Assembly (NCBI GenBank): GCA_049724395.1
Contig: JAUGWO010000097.1
Coordinates: 1-64,000, forward strand
Source: Spongospora subterranea f. sp. subterranea
Taxonomy: Eukaryota
Direction of reading: 5' to 3'
Length of the DNA stretch: 64,000 nucleotides
This document shows, piece after piece, positions 24,470-36,154 of this stretch. How positions within the stretch are numbered: the stretch's first letter is position 1; each line of letters opens with the position of its first letter. A model generated the notes under the pieces. That model did not search any database, was not told the DNA's origin, and saw only the letters and a program-made list of their open reading frames with translations. The position numbers were made by a program, and so were the translations under genes.

Positions 24470-26640
24470 GGACCTGACACAGTGATATTAACTCGACCTG
24501 ACACAGTGATATTAACAACCTCTTTCACATTATTGTAATTGTGATAAAGGACCTCTCGACCTGACACAGTGATATTAACAACCTCTTTCACATTATTGTA
24601 ATTGTGATAAAGGACCTCTCGACCTGACACAGTGATATTAACAACCTCTTTCACATTATTGTAATTGTGATAAAGGACCTCTCGACCTGACACAGTGATA
24701 TTAACAACCTCTTTCACATTATTGTAATTGTGATAAAGGACCTCTCGACCTGACACAGTGATATTAACAACCTCTTTCACATTATTGTAATTGTGATAAA
24801 GGACATCTCGACCTGACACAGTGATATTAACAACCTCTTTCACATTATTGTAACAGTGATATTGTAATTGTGATAAAGGACATCTCGACCTGACACAGTG
24901 ATATTAACAACCTCTTTCACATTATTGTAATTGTGATAAAGGACCTCTCGACCTGACACAGTGATATTAACAACCTCTTTCACATTATTGTAATTGTGAT
25001 AAAGGACATCTCGACCTGACACAGTGATATTAACAACCTCTTTCACATTATTGTAATTGTGATAAAGGATTCATCTCGACCTGACACAGTGATATTAACA
25101 ACCTCTTTCACATTATTGTAATTGTGATAAAGGACATCTCGACCTGACACAGTGATATTAACAACCTCTTTCACATTATTGTAATTGTGATAAAGGACAT
25201 CTCGACCTGACACAGTGATATTAACAACCTCTTTCACATTATTGTAATTGTGATAAAGGACATCTCGACCTGACACAGTGATATTAACAACCTCTTTCAC
25301 ATTATTGTAATTGTGATAAAGGACATCTCGACCTGACACAGTGATATTAACAACCTCTTTCACATTATTGTAATTGTGATAAAGGACATCTCGACCTGAC
25401 ACAGTGATATTAACAACCTCTTTCACATTATTGTAATTGTGATAAAGGACATCTCGACCTGACACAGTGATATTAACAACCTCTTTCACATTATTGTAAT
25501 TGTGATAAAGGACATCTCGACCTGACACAGTGATATTAACAACCTCTTTCACATTATTGTAATTGTGATAAAGGACATCTCGACCTGACACAGTGATATT
25601 AACAACCTCTTTCACATTATTGTAATTGTGATAAAGGACATCTCGACCTGACACAGTGATATTAACAACCTCTTTCACATTATTGTAATTGTGATAAAGG
25701 ACATCTCGACCTGACACAGTGATATTAACAACCTCTTTCACATTATTGTAATTGTGATAAAGGACATCTCGACCTGACACAGTGATATTAACAACCTCTT
25801 TCACATTATTGTAATTGTGATAAAGGACATCTCGACCTGACACAGTGATATTAACAACCTCTTTCACATTATTGTAATTGTGATAAAGGACATCTCGACC
25901 TGACACAGTGATATTAACAACCTCTTTCACATTATTGTAATTGTGATAAAGGACATCTCGACCTGACACAGTGATATTAACAACCTCTTTCACATTATTG
26001 TAATTGTGATAAAGGACATCTCGACCTGACACAGTGATATTAACAACCTCTTTCACATTATTGTAATTGTGATAAAGGACATCTCGACCTGACACAGTGA
26101 TATTAACAACCTCTTTCACATTATTGTAATTGTGATAAAGGACATCTCGACCTGACACAGTGATATTAACAACCTCTTTCACATTATTGTAATTGTGATA
26201 AAGGACATCTCGACCTGACACAGTGATATTAACAACCTCTTTCACATAAAGGACATCTCGACCTGACACAGTTAACAACCTCTTTCACATTATTGTAATT
26301 GTGATAAAGGACATCTCGACCTGACACAGTGATATTAACAACCTCAACACACAGTGATATTAACAACCTCTTTCACATTATTGTAATTGTGATAAAGGAC
26401 ATCTCGACCTGACACAGTGATATTAACAACCTCTCACATTATTTTTTGTGCTCAAACTGGCCGCCCACCTGACACAGTGATATTAACAACCTCTTTCACA
26501 TTATTGTAATTGTGATAAAGGACATCTCGACCTGACACAGTGATATTAACAACCTCTTTCACAATATGTCCAAAAAGTTTTATGACCTGACACAGTGATA
26601 TTAACAACCTCTTTCACATTATTGTAATTGTGATCAGGAT
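24470..26640. repeat. Satellite, 63-bp unit, ~34 copies
   Basis: ctcgacctgacacagtgatattaacaacctctttcacattattgtaattgtgataaaggacat repeated almost perfectly. Confidence 0.98.
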
Positions 26641-26717
26641 CCACATGACACAGTGATATTGCTTATTGACACAAATCGTAATTGTGATAAAGGACCTCTG
26701 ACCTGGGTTGCAATAAG

Positions 26718-27002
26718 GGGTCGCCACACTGTTAATCAAGGTTTGATGCCAAAGAGTCGTACAGGAGCTCATAACAACGCTTTCGTCGTGAGAACCAAAC
26801 TAATGGGGTGGTGTGACAGTCAGGATCCACATATAATGGATTTCCAATTGAATGAGCCGATGTTATGGGTTGCAAAAGGGGTCGCCATACTGTTAATCAA
26901 GGTTTGATAATAGCGTCAGGAGCTCATAACAACGCTTTCGTCGTGAGAACTAATGGGGTGGTGTGACAGTCAGGAGAATAATGGATTTCCAATTGAACGA
27001 GC
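26718..27002. repeat. Diverged tandem duplication, ~160-bp period
   Basis: gggtcgcca..ctgttaatcaaggtttgat..ggagctcataacaacgctttcgtcgtgagaac..atggatttccaattgaa present twice. Confidence 0.85.
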
Positions 27003-27096
27003 TCATATTCTGGAGATAAAGGTTGACTTAATACGTATTTTAATAATAGCATCGCCATATGTTTTTCAGAACAGCGATCGCACACAAAATAATGTA

Positions 27097-28364
27097 TTAC
27101 TGAGTAGATCTGGAGGCGGATAATCGAGCTCGAATGCAGTTAATATCACGTAGTTTGGAGGATAAACTAAAATGACCGAATCTTCGGCCCCAGGCCATGA
27201 TAAGGATGTGATCCCAGATGTGAACAGGAAGACAATCACGAATTCGCTCCGTCACTATGATGGCGGAAACAGCTCGTATTCTCTGCCTTACGAAATGGTC
27301 GGTCGCCTTCCAGCATGGGTAAGATTTTGATGAGAGATTATAAGAATAAGCGATATCGACGTGCCGCCGAGGCCTTGGTAAATCCTTAGATATGATCCAC
27401 ATTAACTCTATGGCGACACCTTTCTGGTGATCATTCAGCGATCGTACTAGCTCCTGTTGGAGCATATGGGAAGAGATTGCCTGGTTTCCTCGACCAGCTT
27501 CCACCAATAACGCGAATAGATTGAAGTGTCCATTTTGACAAGCAAGGCTGAACGCCTGTTGGATCGATGCAGAGTCGGTTATCTGGCAGACCTCCATAAG
27601 GCGGTTGACACAGCCGACACGACCAGCACCTACTGCTGAGAAGAAAGCGCTATTACCATTTCTTGACGGATCGACACCTTCCATGGCCAATACTGTATCC
27701 AGGATCGCGACATTCTCGCAAGCAGCGGCTTCGTCCAACGGCAAATCATCAATATGATAACCTCTCTTGATAATCGATGCTAATAACACCCGGAACAGGA
27801 TCAGGTCTGAATGTTTGGCCGCCAACTTAAGAACTGTACAATCTAAACTGGTCGGGTCGACTGTTGGGAAAGTCAAGAGATACTGGACGGCGGCACGATG
27901 TCGCCCTCTCACCGCTTTGATAAGGGCATCACTTTTGGGGTCTGCTGGATCAACGCGATCATCCATTAGTAGTAGCTTCATGATCTCAAGATGACCAGAC
28001 AAAGCGGCGTGTCGTAGACTCTCATTGTTGCACGATGACGGATCGCAGCGATGTGTTTCGAGCAAAACTCGGACAACGTCAGCATGCCCGTTCATTGACG
28101 CCATCCGAATGGCAGCATTGTCAGTGCCATCCTCCAGCCAGTGTTCTGGTAAAATATGGCACTCGGATCTGCGTTTGTATTTTCAAGCAAATACTTAACA
28201 ATGTGGATATACCCGCATTCGCAGGCGATTATAAATAAATTATTCAACTGATGTTCTAGTAAAAACCCTGGTTTGAGACAGGGTTTGATTTGTTCGATAT
28301 CGTCCTGAACACTCCGGGTGAACGCATGAGCGTCAAAAAACTCCACAAGCTGCACAATGTCCAT
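27097..28364 (-). CDS. Ankyrin-repeat protein, apparently intronless, one frameshift near 28130-28165
   Basis: Repeated DPS..N..(L/I)R.A...GH..(V/I)V..LL units across ORFs 28092-28475 and 27097-28104. Confidence 0.85.
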
Positions 28365-29028
28365 GTTGGAGATGGACCATTGATATAATAAAAAGGGTGG
28401 TGATCGGATCAGGCGTACTCCATATCCCACTGTCAATCGATTATAGGTATAGTTGTGATAGACAATCCCGATCAAATATCATCCAGAACAATATCCAAAA
28501 ACTCTAAAATGGACTGTTAATTGCTTATGCGATACTGTTTTCCTAAAACTCGTTGAAGCAACACTATCGATGTCAACAACAGCAATAGCCCAGAGATCCA
28601 AATGCGATTGAGGTTTGGCTTAGCAGATGCTCAAGCAATGGAATTCAATGACGGACGGTCAATTGATATATTCAACACCGCACAAATGATGACGACCGTT
28701 CATCTCCGATGGGCAATCAGATTATATTTCTTAAATCTCCGATAATATTCATCGCAATTAAATATGGCATGGAGCAGGGTTCAACGAACCGCTTGTTGGG
28801 ACAACATCCATCCCCATCCCCGATGAATAACTGTCAGCTCGATCTGCCGCCTTGATCATTATAATTTATTGATATCGCTGTATCTGTTGCAATAAAGTCT
28901 CCAAATGGTTGTGATTAAACCATGGTGAACAAGATGTTAATTTGACTGCAAAAGCGTCAGCGGTAATTGTGATAGATTCAAGATATTAAACTTGATGTTG
29001 TAAAATTTTCTCTGGAAAGTGTTCACGA

Positions 29029-29292
29029 TCACGAATGTCTAAACAATTTGAGTCCGAGCCAGTTGAGATACACAGTGAAGGTGGCAATAGGAAAACAGAG
29101 AGGGACCAATAGGGAATAATAATGGTCATCTCGAAGCGAATCTAATGAAGAATGGGAAGTAGTTGGCATGAATTTGGACAGAATGACTGCATAGATGGCG
29201 ACAGTCCAAATTGTCATAACGGCGAGTAATAACATATATCTGGGACAATATTTAATATGATTACGAATAGACAAGGTGATGTATACCCGCAT
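29029..29292 (-). CDS. PIGY: GPI-GlcNAc transferase subunit PIG-Y-like (start uncertain)
   Basis: YAVILSKFMP....LRDDHYYSLLVPL...YLNWLGLKLFRHS* signature. Confidence 0.85.
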   Translation of the reverse strand: MRVYITLSIRNHIKYCPRYMLLLAVMTIWTVAIYAVILSKFMPTTSHSSLDSLRDDHYYSLLVPLCFPIATFTVYLNWLGLKLFRHS

Positions 29293-29469
29293 AAGGAAAC
29301 TCTCATCTTAGAAGAATGATATGGCTCAAGCATATATGGATCGGATGGCATTGCGAATGAGCCAATGTGTGTCTTGTGGAAATGCAGGCAGGATTGAGAC
29401 TTCGGGCAGATAGCGAGTGATAACCTGTCCCAGATATCAGAGATGGTCAAATGGGTAAACCGTACCGTG

Positions 29470-31325
29470 GTAGGGTCGGCATCAGAGAGTGGTAGGGTGG
29501 AATCATGGCGACATCAAACAGTGGTAGGGTGAGATCATGGCGACATCAGACAGTGGTAGGGTGGGATAATGGCGATATCAGACAGTGGTAGGGTGGGATC
29601 AGACAGTGGTAGGGTGGGATAATGGCGACATCAGACAGTGGTAGGGTGAGATCATGGCGACTTCAGACAGTGGTAGGGTGGGATCAGACAGTGGTAGGGT
29701 GGGATAATGGCGACATCAGACAGTGGTAGGGTGAGATCATGGCGACTTCAGACAGTGGTAGGGTGGGATCAGACAGTGGTAGGGTGGGATAATGGCGACA
29801 TCAGACAGTGGTAGGGTGAGATCATGGCGACTTCAGACAGTGGTAGGGTGGGATCAGACAGTGGTAGGGTGGGATAATGGCGACATCAGACAGTGGTAGG
29901 GTGAGATCATGGCGACTTCAGACAGTGGTAGGGTGGGATCAGACAGTGGTAGGGTGGGATAATGGCGACATCAGACAGTGGTAGGGTGGGATAATGGCGA
30001 CATCAGACAGTGGTAGGGTGGGATAATGGCGACATCAGACAGTGGTAGGGTGAGATCATGGCGACTTCAGACAGTGGTAGGGTGGGATCAGACAGTGGTA
30101 GGGTGGGATCAGACAGTGGTAGGGTGGGATAATGGCGACATCAGACAGTGGTAGGGTGGGATAATGGCGACATCAGACAGTGGTAGGGTGGGATAATGAC
30201 GACATCAGACAGTGGTAGGGTGGGATAATGGCGACATCAGACAGTGGTAGGGTGGGATAATGGCGACATCAGACAGTGGTAGGGTGGGATAATGGCGACA
30301 TCAGACAGTGGTAGGGTGGGATAATGACGACATCAGACAGTGGTAGGGTGGGATAATGGCGACATCAGACAGTGGTAGGGTGGGATAATGGCGACATCAG
30401 ACAGTGGTAGGGTGGGATAATGGCGACATCAGACAGTGGTAGGGTGGGATAATGGCGACATCAGACAGTGGTAGGGTGGGATAATGGCGACATCAGACAG
30501 TGGTAGGGTGGGATAATGGCGACATCAGACAGTGGTAGGGTGGGATAATGGCGACATCAGACAGTGGTAGGGTGGGATAATGACGACATCAGACAGTGGT
30601 AGGGTGGGATAATGGCGACATCAGACAGTGGTAGGGTGGGATAATGGCGACATCAGACAGTGGTAGGGTGGGATAATGGCGACATCAGACAGTGGTAGGG
30701 TGGGATAATGGCGACATCAGACAGTGGTAGGGTGGGATAATGACGACATCAGACAGTGGTAGGGTGGGATAATGGCGACATCAGACAGTGGTAGGGTGGG
30801 ATAATGGCGACATCAGACAGTGGTAGGGTGGGATAATGGCGACATCAGACAGTGGTAGGGTGGGATCATGGCGACATCAGACAGTGGTAGGGTGGGATCA
30901 TGGTGACATCAGACAGTGGTAGGGTGGGATAATGGCGACATCAGACAGTGGTAGGGTGGGATAATGACGACATCAGACAGTGGTAGGGTGGGATAATGGC
31001 GACATCAGACAGTGGTAGGGTGGGATAATGGCGACATCAGACAGTGGTAGGGTGGGATAATGGCGACATCAGACAGTGGTAGGGTGGGATCATGGCGACA
31101 TCAGACAGTGGTAGGGTGGGATCATGGCGACATCAGACAGTGGTAGGGTGGGATCATGGCGACATCAGACAGTGGTAGGGTGGGATAATGGCGACATCAG
31201 ACAGTGGTAGGGTGGGATCATGGCGACATCAGACAGTGGTAGGGTGGGATCATGGCGACATCAGACAGTGGTAGGGTGGGATCATGGCGACATCAGACAG
31301 TGGCACAGACAGTGGTAGGGTAAGA
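29470..31325. repeat. G-rich satellite, 32-bp unit, with an 85-bp higher-order block at the left end
   Basis: gacagtggtagggtgggataatggcgacatca; 21+32+32 blocks start at 29581, 29666, 29751 and 29836. Confidence 0.98.
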
Positions 31326-32233
31326 TCATCCGGCACGATATGTACCTTGTAGGGTGATTCCAACCGTGGTATGGTTGGATCATCCGTCATCATCCCGTGC
31401 TAGAAGTCATTCGCCTCGACTGATACTGTACCCTCTGTCTGTAGAGGAACTTGAAGACGCGAGTGATTCTGGTATAATCGCTAACCAACAGCTGCTTCGT
31501 ATTCACAATATGAAGCTAATTTGATATTTTTGCTGTTTCATTTTGTTAAAGGGTAGGATGTTTAAAATTGCTAATCGGGGATGGGTTTTATCACAAATTG
31601 ATTCGACGTGAAGCTCTCGCCATGTTCATATTAGAGGATATTCGGTTTGCAATAAAAAAAATTGTAAATGCTTCAGGCACGCAAAACACGGATTTGCAGA
31701 AGCAATTCGTAATCCATCCCTCGTCTCCGGTTCTTTCCCGTAGACAATGCACCAATGAAAGCACGCATGGCTTTGCTGGGCGCAACACGAAACAGACCAA
31801 TGGTTTTTGTTTAACTGATACTTGCCGTCAAAGTTGGTGATTTGGTTGAAATGTTGAATGCATCAGATTCCGAAACCCAATCCACCTATCGACACCCTGC
31901 ACTTGTCCATGTCAGACGATGCGCCATCACCATTCACCTGTACACAGTCGACTTGTCAGACTACACTGACACAGTCCAAAATAAAACCCTCCGCAGTCTT
32001 GCTAATCAGTGGTGGGTAAATGGATGGGCTGCGCCTGACATTATACGGGGTTCGCCACGACTGTGGTACTGTCTCCTATGGGTACATGTATGTGGGTACA
32101 TGTCCAGCTAATCACCTCAACTTGAATGTGAACAGCAGAATACTCCATATCTTATCTCCCTGATTAGAGCTCATTAGTGAAGCGACCAAAGAGGAACACA
32201 CCTGATAGACAGCCTACCGCCCTATTTTCCATC

Positions 32234-33683
32234 ATGACGGTATCTCGTATAGAACTCATGAGATCACTGAAAGACAGCCCGGTATCTGAAGATGATGCCG
32301 TTGCCATGTTCGCTTGGGCCAATAAATCCCCTGATGATGACGTGTGGGATGCAGAAGACTTGCGCCTGTTGGTATTTTTCAATTTTCGATTTCATTTTCA
32401 CATTTGTTTATTTACATTTTAGGTTTCTTGTCGAACTCTGTATCGCGTTTGATTTAGATCCCGGTAACACACCCTTGCTGATTCGATTATTAAGATTAAG
32501 ATTGTGTTAATCTGTAAACTAATATAGTTGTTACGGATGAATCGGTGGAATCTGCTATTAGGGAACTACAGCTTGACTCAAATGAGCATGGTCGTATATC
32601 TAAAGTATCGCCCCTATCCTATCTTTGTGCTGTGATTTCACCGCGACTTGATATTTACAGATGGAATGGAAATCGTTTTTCCTTTATCTCCTTGATTCAC
32701 CTTTGAATCATCTAGCTAATAGCGCGTTCCGATCCAATCCTCGCTCCACGTCGCAGCCAGCATATCCTTCTGGCCAAACGGTGGTTATTTCTTTCGCTGG
32801 TCCCAGTATGTTCATATACAATTGACATATCCCGTTAACCCTTTTGCTTAAGTGACCACTTTTATCAGATGTGATGTCGCTCAACAAAGTTATTGCACAG
32901 TCCGCTATTCGCAAAGCTGTTGGCGCAACGACGTCGTTTGAATTTGCTAAGAAGGGTGAGAATGCAGCAATGCTAGTGGTGTATGTGACCTTGGAACATT
33001 TTGAAATTTAGAGCTGCTAATTGCCGATTTTGTAGGTTTGAGACTCCAATTCTTGTGGAAACCGCGCTTTCATTACACGAGCTGCCAACATTGGATATCA
33101 GCGATATCAATGTCTCACGTTATAACACAGGCGCGGTCTTCCCATCTTGGGCACAGCCGGCATCAACCCCAACTAGGAATCCTGGTATGGTAGCAAAGGC
33201 GTTGGCCTCTACTGTACTATTTGGAGCTATGGTCAGTTTCATCCTCCAACGCTCTTGACGCCAAATAATGTGAAACAATCTAGGTTGGTAGTCAAGCTAG
33301 AGTACTAGATGAACGAGTGGGTTTCTCATCAACAGCTAAATCGGCATTTCTCACCACCAAAGGGGCAGTAGTTGATACTGATCAGAAGCTGGGCATTTCC
33401 AGATCAGTGAAGGTATTTTGTCATGTTTCATGCCCTTGGTTTCAACGATGAACCAATGCTGCAGGAAGCTGCTTCAACCGTTGACCACAAATTGCACATA
33501 TCGGAAACTGCAGCCAAAGCAACAAAGAAGACTTCGGAAGCAATTGATCAAGTGAAAGAAACAGAACAAGCGAAAACGGCAATGGCTTCCGTTGGAGAAT
33601 GGTTCGGTAAACTTAAATTGGCTGCTGGGGGTCTAAAAGCAGAGACAGAGGTTGCAATTGAGCAGAAGCGCCTAAGTAAATAA
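32234..33683 (+). CDS. EF-hand-like plus RRM protein with Vip1/BPA1-like C-terminus, multi-exon
   Basis: MFAWANKSPDDDVWDAEDLR and LDSNEHGRISK..W EF-like loops; FETPILVETALSL..DINVS (RRM end); MVAKALASTVLFGAM|VGSQARVLDE and VDHKLHISE. Confidence 0.6.
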
Positions 33684-33735
33684 CCTTCCTATTATAAATT
33701 GAAATCATGTTGATGTTATCGCTACGTCTGTACTA

Positions 33736-34272
33736 TCAGAACTCATCGAATTTTATGGGACTATAAAGGGCATTTGTAAATTCGTCTTCAAGTATCTGTT
33801 TAAGAGGGATATGAGATCGACTATCCATCCATTGATTATGTTCCGATATATAATCGTATCGCGATGGTCCACTAGAACAACACATTCATCAACTATAGTT
33901 GGGTAAATGGATCTGACAGACCTCATCGGTGAAGATAGCCATAACTGACGATTCGGTGTTTGCTTGTTGATCACCCAATGTTTATCGGCAGAGACAATGG
34001 TGAGCACGCCATCCTTAAAAAAGGTTCATAATCAGTTGACAACAGGATAATCAAAGGGAAACGCATCAAATCAATACCGAATGTTCGATATCAACACGTT
34101 CATTATGATCAAGAACGTCATTGATATGGTCGAGTACTGTATCAGCCATTGATTGGAACGATGACTCCTCGATAGGCTGAACCGTCCATGGCGCTCTGTT
34201 GGACAAGGGTCGACCAGGGAACGACCAGGGCCCGGCAACAAGACGGCGAGCTACAGAACGGGCGGTCGCCAT
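33736..34272 (-). CDS. FXN: Frataxin, 3 exons
   Basis: GVLTIV..WVINKQTPNRQLWLSSPM|SGPSRYDY; Arg-rich N-terminus consistent with a mitochondrial presequence. Confidence 0.93.
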
Positions 34273-35342
34273 GGCGGCTTGGCGACAGATGGATCAAGGC
34301 CTAAAAGCGCGGTGGGATCGGGATAATGAATTGGAGCGGATAGGGACTGCGGTAAGAGATCGCCATTGTATAATACGTCATTATTGATATCGCCGATCAT
34401 TTCAGGTTTCATTAAACCTTTTTTTGGTTTCATTTTTTTTAATCGGAAACTCAAGCACGAGTTGGATATACCGCCTAACGCCATGATTAATGACCAGGAG
34501 ATTATTGTTCAAATCACTGACATTTGATGACGAAGGAACTGTCTTTTGGTCAACGAACCCACACAGCCAACAGAAGTTCTTCGTAGATATTGCTCAATAT
34601 CACCAATTTTGTATTGATTGCAAATTCATGAGCGTATCAGCTCTTGGAAAAAAACTACATTTGAGAGTAATGATAGAGATGGGGTGATTTTGATAACAAG
34701 ACACCTTCTGAATTTGCTGTACGTTGTGAGTCATATCTTATATGAGGCTGGTGCTATATCCTACACATTCTGTCAATTGTCCATCGTCTAGAAAATGGTA
34801 TTCGAGTCAAGTCCTGATACTGATCGGAAAGTTTTGGTATTCCTCCATGAGCCTTTTGTAAATGATTCAGGTGGCTCAAGTTCGATCAAACTCTTGAACA
34901 ACCGAACAAGACAGGCAGTCTATTAGCTTGAAGAACAGAAGTGTGGTTGTGTCCTGACACATTCTTTCCATCAAGGCACCAGACTCGTTCCTTCGCTTCA
35001 TCCTATGCCCTTTTGCGTTTTTGTACAAATCGATTATCTGTCCTTCAAATTTGAGCGGATTTCCAAGAAAGGATGCAATATTCGCCTAATCAATGTATCT
35101 GATTAAAATGCATGTTGGTGGTTGGGCATCTCAAGGAAAAGGTACAGGGATGATGAATATAATAAATTTGCAGATAACCATATTGAACACATGATGAACC
35201 CCTGATATCCATCTGGACCAAAGTACAAGTAATATCTCGGACCAATCGATCGATTTCATAGTCGCTTTGTTTCTCAACTGATTGGAGTTGGGATATTCCA
35301 TTTGGGGCCACAGTCAATAGTCCCCGTTCGACCGTCATTCCC

Positions 35343-36023
35343 ATGTTTGATCTACAGAACGATGATGACCCTAGTGAGTTCCTACCTCCTGGGCGATCTT
35401 ACCAGACAAACCCTCTGTTAGTCCACAGCAAGGTCGGCAGATCCAGCTGTCATCTGCAGAGTCCATTACCTACCGATTACGCTTTCGGGAAGGTGGAAGA
35501 GAAAGTAATCGGTTGGTCAATTGGTGCACATGAGATATAAATTCGATATTAACAGCGATGATTGGATAGATGGCGCTAAACAGGCGCTGACACATTGGCA
35601 TATCACTAAACCTAAGGTAAACGACCGCCCATCATCACCTATCCACCTCAAAAATGCCTGATCGTCCAGACTCAAAGGAATCCGGGCACAAACTTTGTAC
35701 GGTCCAACAAGCTGGCGCTACAAGCCGGAGCCCTATCTGCCGCTCAACAAAGACGATTCCGGCGTGAGCAACACGCTGAACCTGCCTCTGGTGCACGTCA
35801 CCATCCAATGCCACCCATCTCTATCCCAGATCGAACCCGTCCAGCAGGTCTGGGATCATCTACCAACAGGCCATCGACTCCGATCGCCTCTGTGCTTACG
35901 GGTCTCTACCAGCGCCAATGGGAGATGCATCAAAGGGTCAACATGACGCATTGGAATGAACACAAGGCCAAAGTTATCCTGCATACGACCAAGGCCTCTC
36001 AGGGACACGCCACAGGTCGTTAG
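35343..36023 (+). CDS. CFAP77: Cilia- and flagella-associated protein 77-like
   Basis: NPLLVHSKVGR..LPTDYAFG, NFVRSNKLALQAG, RPSTPIASVLTGLYQRQW, TTKASQGH. Confidence 0.8.
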
Positions 36024-36154
36024 AGCAGGCGCGAGAATAAACGATTGACTTATATATTATCATGGATATAATAGGAATGTGGAACACAACCGCGATTAGC
36101 AATGTGACGTGGTTCGCAACAGGATCCAGAACTGACCACGAACCGGATGAGTAT

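Noticed and set aside
24448..26278. 411-, 131- and 68-aa repeat ORFs as a real protein
   Set aside because: A by-product of a 63-bp unit with one stop-free frame; no unique N- or C-terminus, and indels break the frame
29470..31325. Telomeric repeat
   Set aside because: tagggt occurs only inside a 32-bp unit, and the array is internal with unique sequence on both sides
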